A DNA stretch of 60,254 nucleotides, filler included, from Dugesia japonica (GCA_001938525.1; 6 parts of 6 records of this genome joined end to end with filler, not necessarily neighbours in it), one strand, 5' to 3'. Shown: positions 38,063-51,955, counted from the first letter of the whole stretch. The notes: generated by a model not told the origin, from the letters alone. Made by a program: numbers and translations.

Positions 38063-39789
38063 GAAATTGATGCTCTGTTCTGTGTTTGAATTAAGTAGTG
38101 TTGAAAGTATTCTTTGCCATATTCATGAGTATTTAGAATGTATCAGGTGAGTTGATCTCGATTTATTTTGATTACTTTATACACCACATTTTTGTAACAT
38201 TTGAAATTAAATGTGTTGATAGAATCTGATTAATGGATTCCTAGTCGTAACAAAGCGATGTTATAATAGAGATAGGCTACTATTGAGAGTAAAAATTAGA
38301 AATATATAACATAATAGGTGTAAAACTAAAGCAAAAGACGTTGTTATTCAGGAATTGAGAGAGTATTAAAAAATATGATACAGAATACGAACAGTTGATA
38401 GAGATAGATGAGAAGTTGGTAGAAATTCAAAAGAAATGGAGCAGGCTCACGATCCACTGATATGACATCATAAATGACAGCGACGGGGGTACCGCACCAT
38501 GCACTATCACTTTTTTTCATATATTCGTAAAACATGATCCTTTGCAAAACACTTTAATTATTCTTTAATTATTATTTATTCTCTATTTATACAATAACGC
38601 TTGAACTGATAAAACAAACTAGTGTGAAATTCAGGTCTAAAATACTATGAAATATTAAAAGTTATTAAACAAATTATCCTTAAAATATACAAAACACACT
38701 TTCAAATTATATAATCAAATAAAATTTCTGATTATTGGGTTATATTGCAACATTGTTTTAAGGTTGAGTTATGAAAACGGTAGAGATATTTTCTAAAATC
38801 TCATAATACGCTGCTATAAATAGGCATAAATGGATGTAGTGACCGGAAACCGTTTTTCTATCATGGCACACAAAACGATTAATTACGTTTTCGTGGCACA
38901 ACCATAAAATAAAACTAAACAATTTTTAAACTGTGAGCAACAATTTAATAAAACAGTTTGCTAACAATAACATGGAATTATTATCTTTTATCAGTTATAG
39001 ATTGCTTATCATCGCAAATACGACTTATACAAGGCTCAAAATTCGAAACTAATAATATATTTACAAATTAGAGAAACTAAAAAAATATTAGCATTTTTAG
39101 ATATTTTCCTCAATTATCGGGTTACAATAAAATTTTCCTTTGGCACATGTGTTTCCAGACACTGCTGTACATAATTAGAAATAACTTATTTATTTCACAA
39201 ATGCATTAGTTAAAGCACATAATAATAATCCTTAACCTTTGATGATTTTTTAAATTTACAAAATTATAATTCAAATTTAATTCACTAAATTATTATTTCT
39301 AGATATCTCTTTACTCAAAATAACATTGCCACAGAATTTACGAATTCCAATTACGATTTTGTTTAAATATTTCAATGAAGTGTCATTTTATCAATGGATA
39401 TGTGAATTTTGCAAACAAACTACAAATCCTTATTTTGATTATTTATGTCTTAAAATCAATATAACTAACAAAGTCATAATATTCGATATGAAGTTCCAAG
39501 ACGAACCGGATTTGTATTGTTCATTTAATTTGTATACACTTTATTTTTATCCAAAATTTATAACTGCTAAGTTACAAGTTCCAATAGGTATGAATTTAGA
39601 ATATGTATTCAAAGTAAACTTGATTATTATTTTGTCAATTCTTGGTAAAAATTTAAATAGTTAAGTTTTGTTAAATATTTAAGGGTTTTGAAGTGGTTAG
39701 TGCAGCTCATATATTTGTTTAATTAATTCAAAAGATAAATATAACTTTAAATCGTTATTATAAGAATAATAATAGCTGTAAAATGTTTT

Positions 39790-40903
39790 TTATACATACC
39801 AACCACCATTCTCAATCATTTTCTTCATTGTTTTAACAAATGCATCCAATGCTTTACCCATAAGAATATTTGTGAATTTTGGTAACTCACCATTCTTATT
39901 TCATCAATAAGTTTTAAATCTGTATGACTTCTCTTTGGTCTTTTAACCCTTCATTTCATTTTGTAAGAAATCACTAAATTTTTATACATAATAGAAAAAT
40001 ATCTTTAAAAATATGATGCAATGATATTTCAATGATATTTATTTTTAAAAAGTCATGAAATGAAGGGTTAAAGAGATAATTGTCATAATTATTTATATTT
40101 GGTGAATAGAGAGGTTGACGAATCAGTTTTACGTTTTTAGAATCTAAGAATTCAATAGAATCGTGAACAATATGTGATCGAGCGTTCATGCGTAAGATAC
40201 ATATTTCGTGGGATAAAATTTTGATGTTCTTTTTGAAGAAAATTAATGAGATTTTGAAGAAATTGGATTTATTTCTTGGCTTTGATTATTTCATTCTGTT
40301 TTTATATTTCAAAGTAATGATACCCTTTTTGTAAAACTGCAATAATTATCATGTATTTCTTTTCCATCGTTCATCTAACATGAGTCTGAGAAAGACCATA
40401 TCCACGGTTAACCTAGTACCAATTTTGTTAGCTGCTTTAATTCTTCGACAATTAAAAGGCTTTTCATCAACAGTTTCAAGGTTTAGTCTAAAAAATCAAA
40501 TTATTCATTATATTGATAAACACAAAAAGTTTTGTTCACATCTTGAAGATCATGACGTCACCATTTTGTGTGATACCATAGAACCTCATGATCTTCTTGA
40601 ATTACACATTAAATCATAGATCGGGTTATTTGGATACTTCGTCAATAGTCATATTGCTATATTCTTCTATACACCTGTTAACATTATCAATGTTAAGTAA
40701 ACGTTCCTCGCTTTTTCCTTTTCCTTTCTGGCGCTGAAATTATTGTCTTTCTCCAGTACAAAATTATGTTTTCTAATTTGAATAACTCATATATTTCCGA
40801 GGCCATGTTTTATGAAGGATCTCATAAACGTCACAAGGATTAATGTTGTTAAGCCTAATATTTTCAATCAAGAAATACATTTTATCTTTTTGTGCATTCC
40901 ATA
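39790..40903 (-). pseudogene. Mariner (DD34D-type) transposase relic
   Basis: TVDEK (first D), MNARSH (HDNARPH), QPLYSPNINNYDNYLF (HPPYSPDLAP.DY.LF), C-terminal KMIENGGWY. Confidence 0.8.
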
Positions 40904-42387
40904 ATAATCTGAAATTAATTTATAAAACATAGATTTATAAATACTTGTTGAGATCATAGATAACCATAACACAAAAATACATAAAACATAAAATAGTCCA
41001 ATGTAATCAACTATCCTCAATCAGACCATCAATCCTCAAGTAGACCTTTTAGCCACAATCTCCGATGAACAGACATTTATTGAGTCTTTAGGCAATTTAA
41101 TATATTATTACTTTTTGTGATCTGAACATTGTATAGTTCAATTTGTGTTATTTTGCAATTTATTGATTTTTATTTGATTATTAATATTGTTTACCCTGTA
41201 AAAGAATTTCTCAAAATATGTGACAGGTGGAATTGTTTGTGCTGAATTAGAAAAAATCAACTATTAGTTATTGAATAATTTGCGATTTAATTATTTTATA
41301 ATCAATTGTTAGATTATTATTTATTGAGAAAAGTTATTGATTAAACACTGTTTGGATTATTAGTTATTGGAATTTAATAAAATCGCACAAAAATTATTTA
41401 TTTAAATATTTATTTATTTATTAAATTGGTTTTATTTAATTGGTTAAATGTATTTTTTTGTTATATCTGCATGCGAGTGAAATCAGTATAAATAATGACT
41501 GATTTCATTCAGTTTTCAGTTAACTTTTGTCATCTGGACTCTGAACTTTGTAGGAAGCAGCTCCAGTTTGATTCAATATTAGCTTATAAGGTTTTAAAGT
41601 TCACGTGTGTATTTTTATATATCCAAAAATAAATTTTATTGAAAAGGTATTAATTATCCATCTATATAAGGAAAGTACACAAATATCACTATATTTATAT
41701 CTGTTATATAATGCGGTATTGACATACAGCAAGATTTAAAATCAACAACTATAAATTCAGTAAACCAAGTATTACTCATTAGTTTCAAATTAACGAACCA
41801 TAAAATCTTTTGTTGAATAGAAATACCCAACATATTTATAAAAATAAACATATTAATAAATATTTAAAATTTAGAAACGATCATTTTTTCAATAAATCAT
41901 TATTTGGCAATTGTAGCAAATATCAATTAGAAATAAAACAATTTATCTAAATTAAAATTAAATTTATTAAATCGACTTCTTTCATGGGATGGAGTAAATA
42001 CTATTTTATATTATTAATTTGCTATTATCATTTATTTCTTATTTTTTTCATAGTGTTTAAATATATTCTTTATATGGTTTTCCATTTTTTTAAAAAAATA
42101 AAAATTATTGATAGTCAAGTACCTAAAAAACTTAAGCCAAACTAATTTTAACGAATGCCAATTATAAGTTATTTCTAAAATCGAATTTCTTTATTTTAAA
42201 TTTTTTTGCTAAGCACGAAAGCTTTCTTGCAATGAAGAGAAAAATCAAAATGTTTGATACAACAAGAATATTTGAAAAGGTTAGTAGTCTGACAAATCTT
42301 TAGTTACAATTTGTAAGTAACTAATAAGCGACTAATAATTCACTGTGATCTTGTAAACGCACAAAAAGTGCTACAAATAAACAAAAG

Positions 42388-43085
42388 AATATAATGGTTT
42401 GTGTTTGTTTAAATATTAAAAGTATGATTTGTCGGGAAATATTATGCAATCTTACTATCTTACTTCGAAAAGTTTTATATTTTAATTTAGAATTCTTGTC
42501 AATAATCATTACACCAAATCCACCGAACTTGTACAAAAATATTACTTGTATACCAAAAGAATCTTTATCATATTCATATTCATGGTCGTGTGGTTTTCAT
42601 GGTAACAATATAGTATTAGGATTTTCCAATATTAGTTTAATAAATGATTATCAAACAAATTTTTATTATTCATTACTACCATTCAACGAAAATCTATCTT
42701 TATATTACGTTTCTAATAAAGATAATATTCAATGCACTTGTTCGTTATTTTTGAAATATCATAAATTAAGGAGTAATGCATCAATAATATTGCCACAATT
42801 AAGTATATTTTTTTTAATCAAAAGAAATATATTGTTTTACTTGAAATAACTTCATTTTTATTAAAATAAAATAATAGAAATTTAATATTAAACTTTTAAA
42901 TTAATAGCAATTTTGAAAACTAGTGACGGTTCCGTAACATTACACGCAAACGAAGCTGGATAAACAATTGTGTTAATCACCAGCCGTAGCCAAAAGCATA
43001 TAATTAAAATAATATAATGGTTTGTGTTTGTTTAAATATTAAAAGTATGATTTGTCGGGAAATATTATTATGCTATTTTACTATC
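42388..43085 (+). repeat. ~72-bp direct repeat (42388-42459 and 43011-43085)
   Basis: AATATAATGGTTTGTGTTTGTTTAAATATTAAAAGTATGATTTGTCGGGAAATATTA occurs twice, 623 bp apart. Confidence 0.9.
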
Positions 43086-44899
43086 AATGCTGAATTATAT
43101 TGCCGACAACTGCAGTGCGTCACATATACCATTGCACAATAATGCTCAGAATTGAATCACGTAATGCTTCATCATGTTAATTCCTAACTATACATTGCAA
43201 ACGTATAGATACCCTTAAAAAAGTATGGTTACATAAATATGAACAAATATTCAAGTTATCAAAATGGAAATGAACATATCAGAAGAGAATTTGAAAATGA
43301 CAAATAGAAGTTATGTATTTACATATCATTTAAAAGAGAGAGATTTTAAATGTAGAGATGACATTTATAGAGATACTTTTATAAGCAAGAAACGATTATG
43401 TATCAGATCGAATACCCACATAATGAAACTCATATGAAAGTAGAGGTTATCAGAATCTTGAAGTAGGTATCACCAAAAATCGTACTTATAATAAAAGTTT
43501 CAGATAAAGTAAAATACATGCAAGAAAATAAAATAAAAAAATAGCTGATTACAAGTGCACTTAAGAAAGAATTATTAGAATCAAATCAGCCATGAAAAAT
43601 TATTTAAATGAAAGAAATTAGTAATGAAATACTCATAATTTAAGAAATAAAGCAACAAATAATAAGTTATGACTTTAAGTAAAATTAAATATTTTTATAA
43701 GTATAAAATTTTATTTACAAAAAATCTTTTAAATACAAATAGGACCGTGTAAAATTTTGGGGAAAAGGCGTAAAAACATACGAATGCAGATATGCATTTG
43801 AAAATAAATTGTGGTTCATTTATAGAAATACAACAAAAAACGCTGATAAAGATTTAATTCAAAGTTGAAAAACAATTGTTGATGAAAGTGGAGAAGCAGA
43901 TATAAAGTCAGAAAATTTGTATGATCCTATAATGTTCTAATAAATATTCACGATAAATGACATATTTTGGGAGACGAGGAAGGAAATTATCTAAAAAGGA
44001 ATATAGAAAAGCTTATAAAGTTCTTAAATCAAAAGGATGTAAGGAAATAGTGTCTTCATATGTTAACACTAAAAGCCTATGTCTGATCTTTATTGTTAAA
44101 ATTTTGCTATATATAAATAAGATTCAATTAAATTGTAAGTTATGATTTAAATATTATTTTTACTACCATAGATTTAAGAAATCCAATTCTGATACCATCA
44201 AAACCAATCATGTTTCAAAATTTAAAATGCTATTTTCTAGAAGATATCGGGGATTTAGTTTACAATTGGAGGTGTTACTCTAATCTTACCAAAAGGTTTT
44301 ATAATGAATTCATTGAAAGTTTACGAATTNNNNNNNNNNNNNNNNNTTTGAATTATGGAGCATTAAACGAAGAGATTTTTTGTGTTTGTGAAATGAAATT
44401 TTTATATTTCATCTCACCGCAAACTCTACCAATAATAGAATTTAAATTACCTGAAACAGGTTAATTTTATAAACTTTTATAATTAATAATTATATGCGAT
44501 TTATTGTTATTCAGAAAAAATCTTCTTAAAGCCAAATAAATTAAAGTTTATTGATAAAATAGAGTGCTACACTGAATATAATAAATTTATTTTGCTGAAA
44601 TGGTATTGCAGTCTTGATAACCATTCAGTTTTGATTGAAGATCGTTCAAAAATTCGTAATTTATCTGCTTATTCCAGGTATATCTTTAGACGAATTACTA
44701 TAGACTCATCAAATCGTATGAATATTAATTTCACTTTACTTTTAGTCAACATAACATGTTGGTGTCTTGCCACTTATAATTCTAGTTATTTCCCATATCA
44801 ATACAAATATTTCACTTTACCTATGACAAGTTAGTTAATCAAATAATACAAAAATTAATTAATAATTCGTTAGTTATTTATTTAAATATAATTAATATT

Positions 44900-45790
44900 G
44901 AAATAGAATAGATTAATTGTGTTAAGCATAGCTTCTAAAAACATTCTCTGTTATTGAAGTAAAGTCAACACCTTTAAAAAGAGCATCACTTGATTCTATC
45001 AAAACACCTTTTCGTCTTGTAATCTCAAGCTTTAATTCATTGGAGAAAAAAGCCACTTCTTGAGGATTCACCCATTATTACAATAAAAAAAAATTCTATT
45101 TATGGTATACTGAAACAATTATATCATTTGTATTTATTATTCCATATTATTCTGTGTCATAATATCTATGGGAAGCCACTTGGTTGCATATTATGAGATC
45201 TAGAGTTTCAGATCGTGTATTCAGAATGCAGCCATTCTACAATTCTACAATGCATAGGGAATAGGTTTTATTTCATTGGTGATCTTCAACTTTGACTTTT
45301 GTAATTGAAATTCAGCATAGTTTCGTCGATTTGGACAATATTTTAAGGACCTTCAATTTTGTTGTTTCTAACTTCAATGGAAGGTATTTTATTGGTACGA
45401 CCCTTAATAACCTTTAGTATAGTTTTGTTANTTATTTTTTATACGATATTGTGACTACCTCACTACATATTATTATAACCTTGATATCGTTCTTAAAGAT
45501 GTATAAATTTTTCAAAAAAATCCAGATCGTATCGATTCATAAAGGTTATAGTTTTAGCAACTTGATTGCATGCACCTCCAAGCATAGTCTTCTTTGGTTT
45601 GCTTATATGTCACCAGATTCAAAAAACTATTACATTTTTCACAGTTGTTTTCTTTTTCGATGAAATCTAATTCCATTATAAATTGTATAAATTCAAGAAC
45701 TTTAATAATTATAATGATAAATTTTGTTGTAAAATATCATCCGAAATCATCAAGCATATTAAAATTGATAATTTACAGCAAACCTTCATA
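44900..45790 (-). pseudogene. Merlin / IS1595 (ISXO2-like) transposase relic
   Basis: Motifs CEKC..DYAWRCMQSSC..SIRSGFF, KIEGP*NIVQIDETMLNFNYKS..RSP, and VNPQEV..SNELKLEITRRKGV. Confidence 0.8.
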
Positions 45791-46089
45791 TAAATAAAAA
45801 AAATTAATTATATACTTAAAATGCATTTATCATAACTAAATATTATTAAAATTAAATATTAAATATTAAGTAAATATTAAATTTTTTTTTCAGGCAGAAA
45901 CTTTTGACTTTTGTGTATTTTGCACCAATCAGAAACTCGTATTGTTAACTAAGAAATATAAGCCTTAAATATAAATCACAAACCGATAGTTTAATTATAT
46001 TTAATTATATTGAATTTATATCAGATTTCTAAGGTATTTGAAATTTTTTTACATTTAAAAAATGGTGAACACTTAGGCAAGTATAATGT

Positions 46090-46900
46090 GATTAGCGGTA
46101 ACGAAATTCAAATATTCGTTCTTGCTTAGAGTTAGATGATATTTTTGAAGTTGCTTGATCTTAAGTACGTTTCATATTTCTCTTGGAATTTGGCTATTTT
46201 ATGATGATATTTTAATACTGAAAGACTTCAGAATGTTTTGAACTAATATCTCCATTATTGCAAATGTCATCATTTTCTCGATCTTATTCCACTGGTGAAG
46301 ATATATATTTATTTATTTTCTCATCATTCAACATTTGAAATCCAGATTCATTTACATCGCAATTTAACGACTCAATGACTTCTTTTTTTGTTCTATTGCG
46401 CTTGTAATGTATTTTATTTCTCTTTCTATTTCATTACTGACACTTACTAAGGATTTATTTCAAAGTGAACGCATCTAAAAAATTCCAACAGTCTTGAACA
46501 GTCTAATCCATTATTTTTCTCTATTAGCAATAATTCTCGTAGTATCTTTTTTCTTTATAACCGTTTGAATGTTTCTANAACACTATGATGCATCAGTTGT
46601 ATTGTATGGATAACATTTTGTGGAAGACATGTTACCGTAAACATTCCATCGATTAATGGATTATATGGTGCATTGTCTAGTAATTTTAATGTTTTATCTT
46701 TATTATCAATTTATTTTTAATATTGTTCCTCTTTTGTAATGAAGCAGCAATTTTCCCCAATATATAACAACAAGTTTTGTTAAATACGTCAAAGCAGCAA
46801 GATTGCCACTACTTTTATGAAAAATATGTTTAAATCAAAGTATTAATTCAAATAATATGTCCGAGTCTCGAAATTCAAAAATTCTTTATTCACATTTTAT
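46090..46900 (-). pseudogene. Tigger/pogo (jerky/TIGD-like) DDE transposase C-terminal relic
   Basis: Motifs LKLLDNAPYNP, CLPQNVIHTIQLMHHSV.ETFKRL*RKKILRELL, and ESLNCDVNESGFQMLNDEKII..HSEVF. Confidence 0.78.
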
Positions 46901-47421
46901 TATTCTAGAATAAGAGTCGGCAACGTGGTGATCGTATTCAAATATCTAAAACTAGTAAAGAATCATATATATATATATATATAATAAAAAGTTTAGTAAA
47001 GTCGAAAAAATTGGACAATATGATTTTAATTTCCCTATTTTAATAATCGTACAATTTATGTAAAGTGGTTAATGACCTTGAATTAAATTATGAGCTAGGA
47101 CTCAATCAAAAATTTCGACTACTTGAAAAATCTGTTTGTGCATATACTAAACTAAATATTTTCTTTTCCCACAATCCTCATTTAGTAAGGGCATAAAATA
47201 AACTCATCATACATCGTAGTCTGTGTTCCTGTAGTTTTAAGGAGTAGTTTTCCAGGAGCGTGTTTTTTGTGCCTGCCAAAATTTTATATTTCAGAAAAAT
47301 GCTCGACTACTAAAAAATATTGCCAAACCCTGATTTAGAATCTATAATTATTTAATAATGAAATTTTAATTAGTTAATCGTGGATTTTAATTATTATAAT
47401 CACAATAGTTTTATTTTGTTG

Positions 47422-47487
<66 letters not shown>

Positions 47488-47626
47488 NNNNNNNNNNNNN
47501 NNNNNNNNNNNNNNNNNNNNNNNNNNNNNNNNNNNNNNNNNNNNNNNNNNNNNNNNNNNNNNNNNNNNNNNNNNNNNNNNNNNNNNNNNNNNNNNNNNNN
47601 NNNNNNNNNNNNNNNNNNNNNNNNNN

Positions 47627-47690
<64 letters not shown>
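47422..47690. repeat. (AAT)n microsatellite spanning an N gap
   Basis: Directly visible. Confidence 0.97.
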
Positions 47691-47693
<3 letters not shown>

Positions 47694-48947
47694 TATTTTA
47701 GTTGATTTAATTTTTTTTATTTGATTAGATGAACCTCATTTACAATTATACCCAGAAAGTTTTCGTTTCGATATAAAAATCCAATGTATTTCTTCATATG
47801 GTAAAGCATTAAAAATGAATTGGAGATGTCAATTTACAAACGACTGGATTGTGTTGAATAAATCAAACCCATTTTTTTTTAAAGATTCACAATTAAAATA
47901 TTTTTCTCAACATTTTTTTATAATTAATAATGATTTATTTGTAAAACGGTTATGGTTACAATTCGATGTTAACTGTGAATGTTTTGTAAAAATTGTTGAA
48001 AATAAATATCTGTATGAAAAAGCAATTGATTTTAAAATTCCAAGATCCGGTTGGTAGATTTACAAGATTTTAAAAATAAATTTAAAAAAATTATAAACTT
48101 GAAATTAAAATTAAAATTATCATTAAAAATAAAATATATTTGCTTATTTATTATTTGGTATATTTAGTAATATACCAATATTTAATAATATATGACAGAA
48201 TGTTTTATAAGAAATTTTTAAAAAAAATACAATAATGAAAACTTTTTAAAAATTGTTTATTAGGTTAGCAGCACATAGTAAGTAAGCCAAAATAAACATT
48301 AATGTAAACCGAAGAAATCCTTATAATTTCACGTCGGGTTGCGTAGGTAGTTGGTTTTCAGGATATTAACCCTGAGGGTATTTCACGACCCGAACCAACC
48401 AAAAATCAAGTGCATCTGGTAATTATAATAAGGAATATGTTAAATGATTTGGGGTTTTCTTTTGACAATAGTCCAAAACTTTATAAAGTTAATCAGGACT
48501 AGGACTTCTAAGATAGGTTTTAATGACTGAAACGATGTGTACTAATACACAAGAACCATAAACGAATTTTTCTTTCACTGGCAATGTATAAAGTTATCAC
48601 TAACCAAACACCGGCCAGGTGAGATGGACTTAGCTCATTAGTGTTATAAGTTTTTTAAATTTAAATTAAAAGATAAATTAAGTAAACTTGTGAAATAATA
48701 GTTTTTATTATTTAAACTTAGTCTTAAAGATTTAATTGTTCGAACAGCAAGGATGGTTTTCATTTACAATCTTTTAAATTGGTTTTATAATATGTAGAGA
48801 CTTTAAATATTCAAGCTTTTAGAAAAATTCTTTAAGTTATGGAAACCCGTCAAATTGGCTATAGAGAATCATAGTTTCAAAGGTGCAACGCTGATGAGTG
48901 CTGAACAATATTGTAATTTATGTTTAACAAACTTGTTGAGATAAACA

Positions 48948-49047
48948 NNNNNNNNNNNNNNNNNNNNNNNNNNNNNNNNNNNNNNNNNNNNTTAATTAAT
49001 TAANNNNNNNNNNNNNNNNNNNNNNNNNNNNNNNNNNNNNNNNNNNN
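48948..49047. other. Artificial scaffold-joining spacer N44-TTAATTAATTAA-N44
   Basis: Same 100-bp spacer as at 10044. Confidence 0.97.
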
Positions 49048-49221
49048 CTAAAATTCACACACTAAGCGAAAAAACTGTAAGAAAGTATTTAATTAGATTT
49101 AACATTCCTTATAATAAAATAATACAAAAAACAAAAGTATATAGAAAACCAAATGGAAGATTTATGTCAGTATTATATAGATATGCCGTGAAAATTATGA
49201 ATCTATAAAAATTATGAACCT

Positions 49222-49404
49222 GTGAGAAATTATGAACCTGTGAAAAATTATGATGATGATGTTTCTTTTTTTAAAGAGATGAAAGAAGTGATGATGGAAG
49301 CCAAAGAACTCTATAACGAAAAACAGACTGAAAAGCAGCGTGAAATCGACCACGGTAATAGAAAAGAAAAAAAGAAAACACACACCATTAAAAATTTACA
49401 ATAG
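49222..49404 (+). CDS. Small charged Polinton protein with NYEPV repeats (18-bp unit); true start probably ~49182 with a lesion
   Basis: AAATTATGAACCTGTGA is repeated. The ORF ends 3 nt before the MCP start. Confidence 0.45.
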   Translation: MRNYEPVKNYDDDVSFFKEMKEVMMEAKELYNEKQTEKQREIDHGNRKEKKKTHTIKNLQ

Positions 49405-49407
49405 AAA

Positions 49408-50680
49408 ATGGAAGTAAAAATAAATCTTGATAATAATATTATGTTTAGTCATGAAATGTTAAAAAATGATATTTTAAAAATTTCACCATCCTCTAGTANA
49501 NTTACAAATTTAATAAAAGGTGGGGAGATAACATTTCAATCTTTACAATCAACAAATTCATTAGACATTGTAATGCAATGTTATACTTTAGAATAGAAAT
49601 AGAATATACGGAAGGAAAAACTGCAATACTAGAAAATAATTTTTTCCCATCTTTATTTAAATTTATGAGATTAAAACTTGGGGCNNNNNNNNNNNNNNNN
49701 NNNNNNNNNNNNNNNNNNNNNNNNNNNNNNNNNNNNNNNNNNTACTCATAGACAAATATATGGAGAATTAACAGGATGGGTTTTAGATGAAGAGCGAAGA
49801 AAAAAATTATACAAAACTAAAAAATTTGAAGGTTATTTTCCATTGAGAAATTTATTTGGTTTCATGCAAAATTTTAACCGAGTACTTTACAACACAATGA
49901 TTGAATTTAATTGTTATAGACAAATTAATAATAAAATTTTATTTAAAGGAGAAGGAACACCAAATTTAAAATTAATGACTTTAGAATTACACATTCCAGA
50001 ATGTAGATTGGCACCAAAAATGGAATTAATGCTTTTAGAAAGAATTTCAACCGATAAACCAATTAAAGTTGCATTCTTAAATAGAATAACTGGTAAAGCA
50101 ATATTAAACACCGGAAATTATACTTCTATAAAATTAAGCATGCTAGCATACAAACCAAGGTATATATTTATAGTCATGAAAAATGAAATTAATTCTTTTG
50201 CAAATGATGATAATTTATTTATACAAAAGAAAACAAAAACCACAAAAGCAATAGTGCCATCAACAGCTGATAAAATTGAAACTTATTATTTTAAAAGTGT
50301 GTAAATACAAATAAACAATAATTACTATCCAATTAATGAATGTAAATTTAATATGGAAAATAATGAAATGTGTCCCCCTATTTTAATTATTTAAAATGTT
50401 GTCAAGATTTTTTAACAGAACCACAATTATCTCTTCAAGAATTTGGTGAACTATATCCAATTTTCTGTTTTGACTTAACAGCACAAGATGATAGATTAAA
50501 TATAAATAATGTTGATGTTACACTTCACATTACAAAAGATCCTGATTTTACAGCAAGTCTTTACTGGTGCATTCTTGAGGAAAAACATGTAGAAATGAAA
50601 TTNNNNNNNNNNNNNNNNNNNNNNNNNNNNNNNNNNNNNNNNNNNNNNNNNNNNNNNNNNNNNNNNNNNNNNNNNNNNNA
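49408..50680 (+). CDS. Major capsid protein (double jelly-roll, hexon-like), frameshifted and gapped in this assembly
   Basis: Motifs NL..GGEITF, LENNFFPSLF, YFPLRNLFGF..FNRVL, KPRYIFIV, INNNYYP, LYPIFCFDL, matching Polinton/adintovirus MCP motifs. Confidence 0.85.
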
Positions 50681-50682
50681 AA

Positions 50683-51160
50683 TTTACATGTGAAAAATGT
50701 CATAGAACTTTGTTAAAAAAAATAAAGCCCGACATGTAAAACTTTGTAAAGGTGGGGGGAGATCTACAATCTTCATGTTTTATTAGTAATGTTTTAAAAC
50801 CATTTCCTTGGGAAAAATACCCAGGTGAGCAGCATTTGTTCCATAATAATTACACCGGACCAGGAACTAGATTAGATATTAGACTTGATGAAAATAATAA
50901 TCCATTACCAGGAGAAGAACCAATTAATCGAATTGATGCAGCAGCACTGAAGACATGAGAGATCGCCATAATGAAGATGTAAATTTAATTCATGATATTA
51001 ATGATATTCCAGATCCTACACCAGAAGAAAAATTTCAAGGCACTCTTGNNNNNNNNNNNNNNNNNNNNNNNNNNNNNNNNNNNNNNNNNNNNNNNNNNGA
51101 AAAATTTCAAGGCACTCTTGTAAAAATTGCAATGAAGGGAAAATTATTGATAGGGCAGGG
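50683..51160 (+). CDS. Zn-finger plus parvovirus-type phospholipase A2 domain (PLA2X), reading into the integrase
   Basis: CEKC..H.KLC; GEQHLFHNNYTGPGT (YxGPG Ca-binding loop); PINRIDAAAL; RHNED; AMKGKLLIGQG. The catalytic HD segment is missing at a frameshift near 50953. Confidence 0.85.
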
Positions 51161-51955
51161 AGTGAGTGAAGCGAGCCATGAAGAACAACGGGCAGATGAG
51201 CTTCATCATGAATATAGAAAACTCGACAATTTCTAAAAGTAACTGTAAGTGAAAAAGATGAAATTTGGTCGGCAGATTTAACATTTCACAATAAAAAAGT
51301 AATGCTAACTGTGATTGATCTTTATACAAGATTCGCTTTTATAGAACTTTGTGAAAATAAAACCGGTCCAATAGTTACTAAAGCATTTGAAAAAATTCTA
51401 GAAAAAAATTTTCGAGCCCCAAATAATTTATGGGTTGATCGTGGAAAAGAATTTTATAATTCAACATTTACGAACTGGTGTGATGATAATAGCATTAATC
51501 GCTATTCCACAAAAAATAAAAGAAAGGCAGTTGTCATTGAAAGATTTAACTGAACATTAAAGAATAAACTCTTTAAACATTTTACTACTGTTGGGAATCA
51601 AGAAATCACCCCTGAAATTACAAGAAATAGTAGATAACTACAACAACACAATTCATTCTTCAATTGGAACAACTCCAAAACTTGCATATGGTGGTGAAGA
51701 AATTTTTGAAAAACATTTTAATTAATAAAAAATCCCAAATTAAAAATTGGAGATCGCGTTAGAATTTTTAAAATTAAAAAAAATATATTAGGAAAAGCGT
51801 ATAGATTTAAATGGACTGAAGAAATTTATACAGTGATAAAAATTTATACAACAAATCCCCCAACATATCAAATNNNNNNNNNNNNNNNNNNNNNNNNNNN
51901 NNNNNNNNNNNNNNNNNNNNNNNNNNNNNACTTCTCTATAAAAAAAGATGAGTAA
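51161..51955 (+). CDS. Retroviral-like (rve) DDE integrase, disrupted
   Basis: Motifs ADELHHEYRK, DEIWSADL (D), LTVIDLYTRFA, LWVDRGKEFYN (D), KAVVIERFN*TLK (E), YNNTIHSSIG, KIGDRVRI, WTEEIY. Confidence 0.93.

Noticed and set aside
46913-47332. MITE ending in TTGCCAAACCCTG (hAT-like end)
   Set aside because: The left end matches only weakly and no TSD was found.
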